In this document: positions 36,816 to 50,212 of the stretch, one piece after another
How the letters are laid out: every line of letters begins with the position of its first letter
How positions within the stretch are numbered: the first letter of the stretch is position 1
Source of the DNA: Anthoceros angustus
Lineage: Eukaryota; Plantae; Anthocerotophyta
Length of the DNA: 64,000 bases
Reading direction: 5' to 3'
Assembly: GCA_010909165.1 (NCBI GenBank)
Contig: VJWM01000007.1
Span: forward strand, 186,001 to 250,000
The notes under the pieces: model-generated
The model's input: the letters and a program-made list of their open reading frames with translations, nothing else
Told to the model about the DNA's origin: nothing
The model's database searches: none
Translations under genes and position numbers: made by a program

Positions 36816-39800
36816 TCACTCGTTGGATGACCCATAAGGAGACATCAGCAATTTTCTCCTGCTACTCATCTCGTAAGTACCAAAGCCTGGCAAGCCATGG
36901 AGTCTATGATGCCCTTCGGATCTGGGATAGGTTCTCATGTACCCAGCGACATCATCTCTCTCTCCACTAGCAAAAGCATGAGAGTGTTCAGAGATACCCG
37001 GATTGCCACTACTGTTCAAACTCCTCTGTCGGGAGTCGCCTACGGAACCTCTTGATTTCTGCAGTGACCTGGAAATATCAAATTTCATCCCGAATCTCTG
37101 CTTCTGGCTGCTTGACGTGGGTGTACAATACGGTGAACCCTGGCTCGATAAGCTCCGAACCCATTGTATTGAGGGTGCAAACTGTTGAGGAGTGCTATGT
37201 CGAGAAGATCCATAAGGTGATGCCTGCAGCGCATCTAATGACTGAGCGTACTGTTGCATGTCTTCTTCCCACTCAGCCCGAAGGCTCTGTTGTTCCTGTA
37301 GTCGGTTAAGCAACTGTATCTTGTCTACACATGCTTGATCTGCTGTACCTGGAGACTCATGAAGCATATGAACTCTTTCTATCTGGCTAGAAAGGCCTTC
37401 TTCTATCTGTTCCATTAAATTCAGCTTTGCAGAGAGATCATTAAAGGCTTCTGTCACATGAGGGACAAATACAGCGGATGATGGAAGACTTCTGAGGAAG
37501 TCCTCTGCTTGCCGCAGTTTGTCCCTACCTGCCTGACTTGCTTCTTTCAAAGTGTCCATCACTCTCTCCAGCCTCTCCTGACTTGGAACTTTGTCCCTGT
37601 TGGCTTGACTTGTTTCATGTAAGCTTGCCTGCTTTTGAAGATTTCCGTAAGTATACCCTATGTCACTGTCGACCGGGGCTCTATAAAATCGTCTGGGGGA
37701 AGGGTGCACTTCGGTGAATATGTCTCCAACCCGCAACCTCCTAGTTTGTGGCTCTAAAGTGCCTATTGGAAAATCAGACTGAGTGTGAGCAAGGCCTCCA
37801 ATTCCATTCACTAAGCCTTGATCAATGCCCTGGTCAGTTTGTCCATGGCTTAGCTGGGTAGAATGCTCCATCCCATTTGCACCATCAATACTCCAGGTGT
37901 CCCCTGCCTTAACATACTTGGGAGTTGAATCTTGCCACCTGTTAGACCTTCTGTTACTGCGCTCCAGCTTGGAATGATCTTCTGGTTCACTATCCTTTCC
38001 TGTGACTCCAGCAATGTCTTCTTTCGGACGGCTCTCTGCCGCAACTATTCCATTATGAACAGTCCTTTCCACGTTGTCAAAGGATCCAGCTGAGGGCGGG
38101 TTTAGCCATTTTTCAATTCCTTCTTCACTTATGCCCAAATGAAGCCCGACTTTGGCGTGATGACTACTGACCCAATCCTTGTCAACCTCGACGGGAGCTT
38201 GTGAACGCAAGTTCTTCTTTTCTTGTGTCTTGTGCTGCTCTGGTGCTAGCCTTGGCGTTTCAAATCTAGATACCGTGGCCAGAGGAGGAAGTGTTTCTTG
38301 TTCCTGCCAACGAGCATGGAGCATATGTTCTTCGACAATATGATCCGGTTTTGACGATAGAAAGCTGCGTAAGTCCCAGTATGCCAAACAGCGAGTAAGC
38401 GATGCATACGATTGAGAGAGAGTCCTAGCAGCCTACCAGGTTCAAATGAATGCAGAAAGGCCAGCCAACACACCTGGACAAAGGTTGCGTTAACCAGGGC
38501 GGAACGACTGCAGGCTGAGCAAAAAGATCAGCTTTGCTCGTATCCTGTTTTCCTGATACCTGGTTCGGCACAAACTGCTTTCAACCTTCCAGATTTGGGA
38601 GCCTACTTTGCATGACACAAGAATAGATCACAAAGTGGAGAAGAGCGGAACCATACCAATCTGTCATATTTGAGCAGTTGAGTGCTGCTAGAGCTGTCCC
38701 AATTGGCAGCATGCTTGTCTGCACCTTCCTTTGTCTTTTGATCATCAACCTTCAGAAGTGATAGTGCACATTCCGTCAAAGTCGGTGGAATAGGACTCTT
38801 CGGCACATCTTATTATAATCGAAAAGTTCATTAAATTTGAAAGGCGTCAAGGTTATCAGATGAAGTCCGTCTTACCTCCCCCTTGGTACGTGTCACACAC
38901 TGTGCATTGGGTGCAAAGTCCTGTAAATCCAAGCCCTCGCCCATGCCAACCCCTGCTTCTCCGACCGTTTCCTTCTTAGCCAAGGAGCTAATCAGGCCTT
39001 CGATGGTCCTCTTTCTTTCTTCTGATTCAATCCTGTCCAGGTCTGATCGTGCACCTCTAAGTCGCTGCCAGAAGTCTTTGATGTCTCTTCCTCTCTGGTC
39101 AGTCCCTGCATCTAGCTGCTGCTCACTTGCATTCAAAATTAGCTCCTCCTTTCCTGACGAACCAGCATCGCATGTACGACGCTGACAGTGAGGGGGCACT
39201 GATGCACCAGTATCCTGGTGCTGTAAGCGGGACATCTGGATTGTAGCTGCAGCCTCAATTTCCTCCAAATTGGCAGCAGCTTTGACGTGTAGCTGCTGTG
39301 CCCTATGATGGGCACTCCCACTGGCTTTTCTAGTTGTGAGATCTTCCTTCAACTTCTTCCAACCTGTTAGGCAGCACCAGTATGATCGTACCCCTCTTCA
39401 AATCCAAAATATACAGTTTTGATACCTTCCAAATGCACACGAAGAAAAGAACCGGAGGGCAGCGAGAGATATGCTTACTTAAGTCAAGGACGCACGTGTT
39501 TTCTTCGAAGTCACCAGCTTTCTCGATGGTGTGACTCACGCCTGGGTCCGACTGTGAGAATTCATCACGGCCACTGTGGTCATTTTTCGCCTCCTCAAAC
39601 GCCCGCAACTCAATACGCATGCCACGGACATCGTCCCTTTTGGTAGAGGACTCCTTGTCCAACTTCGTGAGGAGTGATACCTTTTCAATGGCTAAAGCTC
39701 TCTCTGTTCTCGACAAAACCTTCAAACGATCAGAAGAGTCAGCTCCTAGATTTTTTTACACAGAAATCACTGCGGCGTTGGTTGGAGTTCTAGCACAGGT

Positions 39801-42800
39801 AGGCTGTAGGAGAGACCTCTGCCCGGGTGCGGAGACTTTCTTCTGTGTTCGCAGTTGCCCTTTCAAGGTTTGCAACATGGTGCTTGAATTTGCTAACTCT
39901 TTCTTCAAAGCTCCTCTTTTCATCTTCTAGCTTGGCCTCCATGACCTACGCTCACACGCTTTGTGGTTAGCTTCAAAGTGCTCCAGAGGGAAAGGCTTTG
40001 CGTTTCTTAATTGTTGAGGTCAGGTTCACCTGCAGATGGTTCATGCCATTGATGAGAGTCTGTTCCCTTTCCTTGAGAGAAACGTCATTAGCTTGAACTT
40101 CTGCAGCCACATGCTCCAGTTGATTCTGAGCCTCGAGAACTTTGGACTCCTGATCAACATGGCAATATCATCGCAAGAACAAGTCACATGTGTGTATCTG
40201 TATAAACGGGCTAGAGATTTCCATGTCCTCAGAGAAACGGCAGAGCAATTGGAACAAAAGGGCAACAATGCTTCATCATACTACCTTCGAGCGGAGCAAG
40301 GTCTCTCTTTGTATCAAGGAGTCTTGCTGCTTTGTCAGTTTCTCAGCAGACTCCTTCACTTTCGAATGGGATACTTCAATGTCTTGTTGCTTCAATTCGA
40401 GTTTCGTTGCGAGCTGCTCTAATACTAGAATATTGTCTGTTACTTGTGATCCCATCCTTTCTATCTGGAGCTGCATCTGATTCTGCCATAAGACAAATCA
40501 TCTGAGAGGACACTTTGAGGAGCCTATGACAAAGCACCTGCACAGACAACATTTCAGATGCAGAATGGCGATTGATGGTGGGTTCAAGAATCCGGACCAG
40601 CCGCTGTACGTATACTTCGAGATCCGCCTTATCCTTGACAATGCCTTTGATCTGTTCCTCGAGGCTGCCCTCCAATTCGGTCTGCCACAGTTGTAGAGCT
40701 TCCTTGTGGATGCTGATCTCCTCAAAACCTCGAGCTGCTTCAGACTTCAGACTGCGTTTTATAGCTTCTAACTCTTCCATGCGAGCAGCATAGTTCTTCA
40801 CATCCTCATGGACCTAAGCAGCAGCAAATAGGTTCACCAGATCAGGTGCTGCGACGTACAGACACTAAACTTGAACATGGCTGTCCAACGAAGGCCTGAT
40901 ACCACATCACACTTACATCCACAATCTAATGAGGAGGCTAGCTTGACAAGAGACAACACGACTCGAGTCAAAGTAGCCAGCATCTTACTTGCTGTAACAG
41001 CTCCTCATGCTTAGTGCGGAGGCCTTTGCTTACAGAGCATATCCTTGATTCCATTTCTGACAATTTCCGTGTAGCTTTTAAGACATTCTCTCGCTCTTCA
41101 TGCAACTTCTCCATCTCTCTCTTGATATCTGCATGTTTTTGGTCTTGCATTGCTGACCTTTTGACCAAGGTGCTTTCCCTTCTTTTCAACTCCTCAGACA
41201 GGTCTTGTTGCTCCTCTAACAGCTTTTGATGGAGAAGCTCACAGTGCTCTTGCTTGTCCCGAACTCTAATTTCAAGTTCCTGGATGGAATCTCTCTGCTG
41301 CAATAACTCTGTCTCTCTTTGAATCAGTCCTCCTTCCCACTCCTGAAGCCTTCTGTCCATTGTCCGAATGTACTCATCCACTTCTCGACGATCTTTAGAA
41401 ATGCACGCTCTTGCTGTATCTACACTTTGTCTGGCACTGTCTACATCCAACTTAGCTTCTTGCACTTGTTTCTGCAGACACTGAAGCATATTTTCTTTTT
41501 CCATGAGCTTGTCCTCCATTTCCTGAAAGAGAACAGCTGTTTTTGTTTTCTCTTCCTCTGCTAGGGCACTGTCCTGTTCAAGCTGCTTTTTCTGTGCCAT
41601 GACATCATCTTGCATTTTGCTACAAGCTAGCAATTGAGCTTCACCATCTCTATCCTTTGCCGCGACCTGACGTAGTTTTTCCTGTATTTTCGACTTCTCT
41701 TTGGTTATAACCTCCAGATCTTCATGCAGCCGCTGGGAAACTATCCTGACCTCTTCTTGAAGAGTGGCGATCTCCAGTGCTCTTGCATCTATGGCTGATT
41801 CTCGTACAAATAGATTTGCCGATCTCTTTTGGACGTCTGCCAGTGAAGCTGCTGCTTCTTTCTCGCACTCGGACACGGCCTGTGACAAGAAGACAGCTAG
41901 TTAATACTCAAGGCAAGAACATTCCGTCCAAAAAGCACCATCAAGACCTTACTTATAAATCAGTGGCAAAGGAATGCTGAAGACACCTTTCGGCGTTCCT
42001 GAAGATGGCTAACCCAGAGAGAGAGAGTCTCTCGCTCTTTCGCCAAATTTAATCGTTCCTCCTCAACATTGCGACACTTCTCCTCCACCAACCTTTCCAA
42101 AGCAGAGACTCTTTCAACCTCCTTAGCGGCACCTGCTCTGATGTTAGCCACCTCGTCCTCTATTTTCAGCAATCTAACTGTTTCTTTCTCCAAAACAACA
42201 GCCCACTTCTGCAGGTGGGTTTCTCTACCAAACAACGCAACCAATCGCTTGCATATCGAGATAACAGGACCCGCCCAGTTGTCCGCACTGGCATCTTCAA
42301 CAAGAAGTGAAAGACCATCTAAGTGCTTGGAACCTGAGGCAGAGCCAGAAAGGTATTCTCTAATCTCGGAACCTATTCTTCCAGAATGATTCAAGCTATG
42401 CCAATAGTCCTGCAAGGTTTTGTCCTTCTGTTCAAACTGTTGCAAGACATCCCGTAAACACGAACACAGTGTCTGCAGTACCACCTTCCCCGTCTCCACA
42501 GCCTTGCCAGATGCTTCCACTTCCGCTACCCCTACCTCCTGTTTTTTATAAGGCCAGCCAAATTCATCTCAGTACAACCGCTTAAGTACCTTGAATCAAC
42601 TTTGATCGGCAGAAAACCAATCACAGTCCTCACCTTGGCCCAGTTTTGCGCCGAACCATCCTGGGCTAGAAATCGCAGTTTGCTCTCTTTTACAAGGCTC
42701 CTTTTGCAAAAGGGGCTAGCGGTCCCTCCATCGGGAGCCAATGCTGTCCCCGCCCCCTGCATGACCACGGCAGCTTCCCATCACCTCTTCACACAAAGAC

Positions 42801-44231
42801 TCAAACTACAGACAAAGAAACCATCCAATGCCAATGACAATTCCAATGCCAGAGCCAGTGCCAGGGCCAGGGCCAGTGCCAAGGCCAGTGACAGGGCCAG
42901 GGCCAGTGCCCCACTAACCGACCAGAATCGCCTCGGAGCCCATCCTTACCTTAACCCGATGTCCATGTGGCTTGACGGCAAAAAGCTCATCACACCCGTC
43001 CCAATACTCGTTCCTGGCTTGCTCCCTCCTCGCCGAACGCTTACGAGGAGAATCATCCAACCGGCATTGCGACTCCCTGTCCGAACTGAGAGCCCCATCA
43101 GGGAGCGAACGTGACATCCGGGCATCGTCACGACCACCAGACAGCCCCTCCGGTGGCCCTTTCCCCGAAGAGTAGATAGCTGGATCCGAAGCTGCTGAAG
43201 CAGAGATCCCTCCATCTCTGTCCAACAAGCGCCGGCCAAGCTGCTGGAAAATATTTCTCCTTCCAGCATTCCCCGACCTGTAACTCTGAGCATCCGAATT
43301 GCCCCCCTGCTTCTCCCGCCCGCTCCCGCTCCCAGGCGTGGCCACCGGGGCAGCCCGAGACGAATTGGAACCAGCTGCAGCATCGGGACCTTTCACCCTC
43401 CCCTTGTCCATCACACCCGCCGGGCCGCGATGCGCAGGCGTCGTCCTCCCAGCGTACCCGCGAACGACACCGTGCTGCCGCGCTGCCTGCCGGTCCCCGC
43501 CGCCGGTCCCCGTCCCTGTCCGAGAACTCCGGACTGGTCGGCGAGGCGTCCAGCAGCTCGGTCCTGGCACGGGACTTCCCGCTCCGCTCCCAGGCGTGGC
43601 CACCAGGGCAGCCGAGACGAATTGGAACCAGCTGCAGCATCGGGACCTTTCACCCTCCCTTGTCCATCACACCCGCCGGGCCGCGATGCGCAGGCGTCGT
43701 CCTCCCAGCGTACCCCGCGAACGACACCGTGCTGCCGCGCTGCCTGCCGGTCCCCGCCCGCCGGTCCCCGTCCCTGTCCGAGAACTCCGGACTGGTCGGC
43801 GAGGCGTCCAGCAGCTCGGTCCTGGCACGGGACTTCCCGCTCCCGCTCCCTCTGCTCAGCTTGGGAGAAAATCGCAAATTCGGGGATCGCTTCCGCGCCG
43901 GGCTCGGAGTCGCGCATTGCAGCCGCTCCTGAGCCGGGCTCAGGAGGTGCGGGGAAGAGGCTAACGACGTTTTCGTCTCGTTACGCTCCGCCGATTTCTT
44001 CTGGAAACTCAGCCACTGCGTGCAAGAACAAGCGGAAGAAGCAGCGAGCGTGAGCGGGCAGGGAGGGCGGAGACGGGCACACGACGCCCGGGACCCGGGG
44101 CAGCGCGTCACCTGATTCTCCAGCTGCTCGAACCGATTGGCGATGTCCTGGATAACCGGCGTCTCCTGAGGAGCCTGGAGCGGGCCCGGCCTGCGCAAGC
44201 CCTTGCCCGCGTGCTCCATCTTGAGCACCAT
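36816..44231 (-). CDS. Very large (~2000 aa) multi-exon coiled-coil protein of unknown family
   Basis: ATG at 44231 (MVLKMEH...), exon 1 to 44112 and exon 2 from 44015 with clean GT-AG sites. A chain of E/K/Q/L-rich minus ORFs follows (41960-42520, 40968-41888, 40376-40801, 39330-39725, 38831-39352, 36816-38387), separated by intron-sized gaps. The frame is disturbed near 43320-43850 and ~42750; the 3' end is uncertain. Confidence 0.75.
43319..43850. repeat. ~260 bp tandem duplication inside exon 2 of the coiled-coil gene
   Basis: CAGGCGTGGCC recurs at 43333 and 43591; the unit is bounded by CCCGCTCCCGCTCCC. Confidence 0.9.
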
Positions 44232-44729
44232 GGCGGCACCGCGGGAGCCGACGATCAGAGCATGAGCCCGATCTTTGCATTCGCGACGGGCTGGAAGGGA
44301 TGGCAACCGAGCGCGAGTCCAACCCTGGGGGGATGATCGGTGCAGGCGGCTCGCGGCTGGAGCGTCGACTCCATAGCCACCATCTTCTCCACCTCCGTGC
44401 AGCCAGGTGACGCGAATTCGCGTCTCGATCGCGTACCGATCGCGCCTGGCTTGGCCAGGAGAGCACTGGACAGGACGGGGCCTGCCGCTGCGACACGACA
44501 GCACCGGAAGTGAGGTTCTTGGCGGGTTTGCACGCGCCAACTGCTATTGGCTTTTTCATGCTTTAGCCGGCGTCAAACACGGGGTTGAAAATTGACGGCG
44601 CTTTGTGTGGGAGGCACGGGCGATATGGATATATGCATGTGTGGGGCGCTGGTTGACGTATGTATTCACATACATGGCTTGATGTTGGGACTGTGGTGAG
44701 CGGGGCATTAATCGACTGCGGAGGCGGCC

Positions 44730-47304
44730 ATGGATTCCGTGGGGACCTGCCGGGCATGTGGGGAGGAGAGCGTGGTGCTGGATCCCGTCTCCGGGTTGAT
44801 GGCATGTGAGGCATGCGGGCGCGTGGCTGATGATGCTCCGATTTTGTTGTCTGGGGACGCAGCTCAGTATATGGGAGGGGGAGGTGCCTCGGGGGGCCAT
44901 TATGGGGGATATGGTTCTGCGCCTTACCGGGCACCCCACGGGTACAAGCCTTCAGACTGGGCGGAGAAGAAGAAGGCAATGGCTGCTCTCTCTTTTGATT
45001 TTTGGTTGGAGTGAAAGGATGAGGGGAGGTGTTGGCGTCTCACAATTGTGTTGTGTTATGTCAGCGGCTAGCTATGGAGAAGGTTGCTCACATAACGTCA
45101 GTCCTGCGGCTGCCGGTGGAGAAGGTGGATGAAGTTAAGCACCTCCTCACCTTGTTTTCTGAGGAGGGATGGGGCATAGGGAGATGGATCGACATTCTGG
45201 TGGCTGCCTGTGTGTATATTGTGGTTCGGCAAAGCCGGCTTCCTCTCACGCTGGTTGAGGTTTCTGTGAGTGTTCACGGTCCCCTGGTTACGTGAAAGTT
45301 GTTGTGGCTTGAAATATAGTGGTCAGGCTTACTTTGTTTATGTAACAGGAGGTTGTGACATGCCCTCCTGCAGAGCTTGGCCGCATGTTCAACCGTGTGC
45401 TCCATACTTTGGAGATAACCTTGGTATGTTGCACTATTTGATGTGCCGAAACCTTGGTGTGCTGAACAATTGCCTTCTGGGAGTCGGCTAAAGCTGCTTC
45501 CTGGATGGTGCAGCCAGATACTGATCCTGCAATTTTCCTTGAGCGGGCAATCACCTCACTTTCTGCCTTTGAGGTGAGTCATGTTGTGAAAGTACTTGTG
45601 CGATTTGCTTTTGGCTTTATTAAGTGCAGCAACCTTACAGGTATGCCTCTGTAGAGTATGACACGGAACTCAAGAAGAGACATGTCCAAGCATGGACTGT
45701 TGCTGCTGGAGTACTCTCAGGAGTGGTGTCTCACAACAGGACGGCACTCTTTGCCGGTAACTGACATGTAGCATTGAGTATCAATCGTGACTTTCATACC
45801 TCTTTTCTTTTTTAGATTTTCTGCACGTACCAAAGGACGATTGTTTGGTCACTGCAGGTTGTAGCTGCAATAATTTTGATATTGGCAGAATCAAGCAAGG
45901 TAAAACTGGGAGCTGCTGAAGTTTGTAGGGAGCTGCAAGCTTCTCAGACACGCACATCGATCAGGAGCAGGGAACTGAAGGTACTGCAACAGTCCACCAG
46001 CTGTGCCGCAACTTGCTGATTCTCTTGTGTGGTGTCAGCTGTAGGGCTAGCAAGGGTGCACCTGTCTGCCTCATCTGACATTCTGCTTGTCCACATGTTG
46101 TGTATGTTAGCAAGCCCTTGTTGGCTTTGCCCAGAGATTGCCCTGGGGCAGGGACATCTCAATCAAAACTCTGCCTCGCCATCTGCCCTTCCTGTTGAAG
46201 GTGTGCAAGCTTGTTGCCGCGGTGTCAGTCTGGGCCTTAAATTCTGAACGTATATGAAGTTCTTGATTTCTTCCACTGTATTTGTCACTCAAGACTTCGT
46301 TTTCCTGTACTTGCAAACAGTACCTAGACATAAACAGCAAACCCAAGGCCAAATCTGCAGCTACAAATCCGAAGGGATCAGCACATTGCCAAGACAAGCT
46401 CAGTGTTGAGAGAGCGTCAATCTCCTCAGCAGCTGACTGCTCCGCAGCATCTCTACGGCATGACCCAGGCCATGGAACAAAATCATCTGTGGAAGTCAGG
46501 GCTGGAGACTCCGGAACATCATCTTCCAGTGTAGAGGGTGACGGCAGTCGAAAACGAAAGCATGAGGATCTGCTTAGGGAAGCTAGTGCACAACAGGAGG
46601 GTGTCCACAAATCCTCACGATGTGGGGTTGAGCATGCACTCTGGGATGGTTTACCACCGGCATTTCATGCAAGTCGGGAGGCCAGAGAAAGGTACCAGTC
46701 TCAGGATGTTGCAAATACAGCTGATAAGATGGGTGGTTAGGTGTGTTGACCTTTAACCTCATTTCCTGGATGTGTGATTTCACAGGAGGCAAGTCAAGAT
46801 TGCTGCAGCAAGAGATCGGATTGCTGCAACTAAGCGGGGGTTGTTAAATGAGCTCATCATCGTAGGTGCCAATGAAGTTCCAACCTGTTCAGCACCTGGC
46901 GGGACTGAACATGCCAGAGACGGGTCAGGACTTGATCGTGAGGATCTCTTAATAGAGCATTTGATTCTTAACGGGGTATGTGATTCGTCTGCCTATCCAA
47001 CTTAGTAAGAGAAATGGTGACTGATTCAACTGAGACTCACGTGAGCCTACTGTCCCAGACTAACGAACGGGAGATTGAAGATGGCTATTACCGGGCACTG
47101 TTAGCGGCTACTCCCACTGAAGATAGTCACTGCTTCTCAGATGAGAATCTCTCCCAATATTTCCGAAGCGCTGCTGAGGTAAGCTGGACACATTCGCTCT
47201 CCTTTTTTGTTCAGTGTCTGTGGTCATATTAAGATGTGATGGACTCGACGCAGGTTGCTTTCCTGAAAGGTCTAGAGGAAGGGAGGACGGAGAACAGCGT
47301 GTAA
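44730..47304 (+). CDS. PTF2: Plant TFIIB-related factor, PTF2/BRF2-like (11 exons)
   Basis: Zn ribbon CRAC...DPVSGLMACEACG; GWGIGRWIDILVAACVYIVVR, EWCLTTGRHSLPVVAA and LPWGRDISIK match remembered PTF2 motifs. Exons join in frame to TAA at 47302-47304. Confidence 0.82.
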
Positions 47305-48049
47305 GACCTCGGCATCCTCCAGCGGATCGTCTTCAAATTTATTGCCAGGTAAGTGTAAATTATGCACACCTTGCCACACGTGTGAAATTCAACTTCACAA
47401 ATCATACTACTGAGCTCTGTGAATTGGCTTGGCTTAAATTGTCGAACGCAGAAGACAGACGTTCGTTTGTATCCAGTAAGCGATGTTCCATCAGGACATT
47501 TTCGAGCATCTGTAGTCCGCAGTTGTAAAGAAGTTTGTAACAAGAAGGATGTACAAAATCTAGTCTCTTTGCTCGTCCTCTGTTAGAGATCGGATACAGA
47601 GCGGTTACCACTTGTGAATCTAACCGACTCGAATTGAACGTGACCAACAGCAATTTGAAGTCATTCCAAAACCTGCGGACTGCACAGAAACGATGCATCC
47701 TCGATTTTCTCCGCACTGAATCTGTCAACCTCGCCCTGGCAGGGCGCACAGCACAAACACGTCCCAGGACATATCACTCATCTGCGGTTAATATTACTCC
47801 CTACTACTAATGGTTAGAACTCTCCAAGTCACTCTCATGCATCTGCCGGGCAAAAGAGAGAATCTCTGAGTACGCCTCTGACAGGCTCTGTAGTGACTCT
47901 GAAGATCCAACATCAAGTTGGAGAACGCTATGTTCAACTGACTACTTCCAAAGGGCAAGAATATATCCGGTCTCTGCAGAATCACTGTAGGTCATGACAG
48001 AAAAGACCAGAAACATAGAAGACATGAGGTATGAGGAATCTTCCACCTG

Positions 48050-50212
48050 CTACGGTATTCCAGCTGAAAGAAAACAATGGTTAAAGCAGCCAAACCATCG
48101 AGACTTTGTTGGCACAGCGTCCACATCCTTTATCCTCATGGGTGCCGTATCCTTCATACTTGGGCTGAGTGGCTCCTTCTCCACGATGAGTACCTTTGGA
48201 GGTGGCGGCATTACCACACGGGTTGGAGGAGCAACAACAGGTGGAGGCAGCGTGACAGGTACTGGCGATCTCTGGATCATGACCGCCGGAGTAGCACTGC
48301 CCTCAGAAGGGAGGGAGAAGAAGAAGGCACTCAGCATGCGCACCACTTGCCCAAAATTTGGGCGCACCTCAGGATCTTCTGCCCAACATGACTGCATGAT
48401 GAACACCAGCTCTTCTGGCAAGCCTTCAGAACAATTGGGTCTCACTTTCTGTCAAGCATAAAACCACCATAAGCAAAATCCACACCCAACAAGATCAACT
48501 AACCAAGAATCCCAGCTTGCCAGCAGAATGGAAGACAAACGGTTCAAAATAAAACGAAGTCAGGCGAAGACAGTTCTAAAACTAGAGAGAATAATACCTT
48601 GAACGCAGCGGCATATGCAGCTTGTAGGTTTGACATCCCTTCAAACGGCATTCGATTTGTTAACAGCTCCCACAAGACAATAGCAAAGCTGTACACATCC
48701 ACTTTATGATTATAGTGCTTCTTTTCACCATGCCTCAGGGTTACAGTGCTGTAGAGCTGCAGCATTAACAACCATTATGCATCAGCACATGCAGACTGGC
48801 TGAAACCCAGAAAGTGAATCCAAAGTGTTCGATGTACGGAATTCAAACAGACAAACGGATAACATAAATAGAGGATAGTCATCCACTCAAATCTCACCTC
48901 AGGGGCCATCCACCTGTAAGTTCCAGTTTCAGCTGTCATCATCTCAGTCAAAGTTTCTTCCCTAGCAAGTCCAAAATCCACCAGCTTCACAGTCTTCTGG
49001 TCCTCAGTAAGCAAGAGGTTGTCTGATAAGGAAAATGGAAGGTCAGGTCAGGGTCAGGGTCAGGGTCAGTGACCACACCCCGGATGCTGAGCCGACTAAT
49101 ACTTCTAAACAATGGGACAGGGACATGGTACCAGGCTTCAAATCTCGATGGATGATGCCATTTGCGTGGAGACAGTCCATTGCCTGAGCAATATCCAGAG
49201 CGAAGCCGACTGCAACTCTAAGGTCCAGCTTCTTAGGCCGCAGTCCCACAAGGTACTTGCGTAGTGATTTGCCAGCAAGTAACTCCGTAACAACTACCAT
49301 GACTGGCTCCTTACAGGCTCCCACAAACTGCAACGAGAAGCAGAATAAATTAAGCAAGAGGACAATTCTCCTTCTCCCTCAAGTAGCAAACTCACCACAG
49401 TCGACTTCTTGACAAGAGAATATATAACTCAACCGTTGCTTGGGCCTTAGGAACACAACCAGCAACAAGAAGACCACAAGGCAACTCACCCTCACAAGAT
49501 TCCTGTGTCGCACTCTGGACAGCATAGCCACTTCTCGGGTAAACCGTGCATCAGCTTTTTCAGCATCCTCAGCTTTATCCGAGGGCTGCATGATCTTTAC
49601 AGCAACGTTCTGGTCTTGATACCTACAGCAAGGCACAGCAACGCGCATTGAAAGACTAAAGAATACCAAGAATTGTTCCACACTCTTCTTGTTCCAGACA
49701 GACAAGGGCAGCTCCACAGCCACCCTCGCCGCACAAGAGCAGCAAGCAATCCGCAGTGCAACAGAAGCACAGGCCTTCACAAATTACCAAACCATTCAAA
49801 CACACCGACCAGCGACAGCCACACTCGAAAAAGCACGGCAAACAAGCAGCTGCAACAACTCGCGTCTCAACACGACTTGGTGCGGCAGCCAGCCAACGAA
49901 GCCGCTGCGGAAAAAAAGCACCTCCTGCGGCGGTGCAAGCAAGAGGACTCACTTTCCCTCGTAGACCTTGCCGTGCGCACCCTCCCCGATTTTGGGCCCC
50001 ACATAGAGCAGCTTGGGATCGATGAGGCAGCTCTGATCCCACACGAAGTCGAAGGCCATGCCATTGGGCGTCGGCAGGGGCGGGGCGGCACGGAGCCCCT
50101 CCCGCTGCTGCAGCTGCAGCTGCTTGGGAGTCTCCGGCAGCACGCGAGCCCCCTTCACATTCTCGTTCCGCAGCAACAGGCGCTCCTCGCTGGCGCCCGC
50201 GCGGGCATACAT
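48050..50212 (-). CDS. Raf-like (group C) Ser/Thr/Tyr kinase, ATN1-like (6 exons)
   Basis: [73 protein letters not shown]; C-terminal WFGCFNHCF. Confidence 0.93.

Noticed and set aside
42900-44600. Many long overlapping ORFs on both strands (also 9770-10580 and 49650-51630)
   Set aside because: Expected stop-codon scarcity in very GC-rich 5' regions; they are shadows of the real genes or UTRs.
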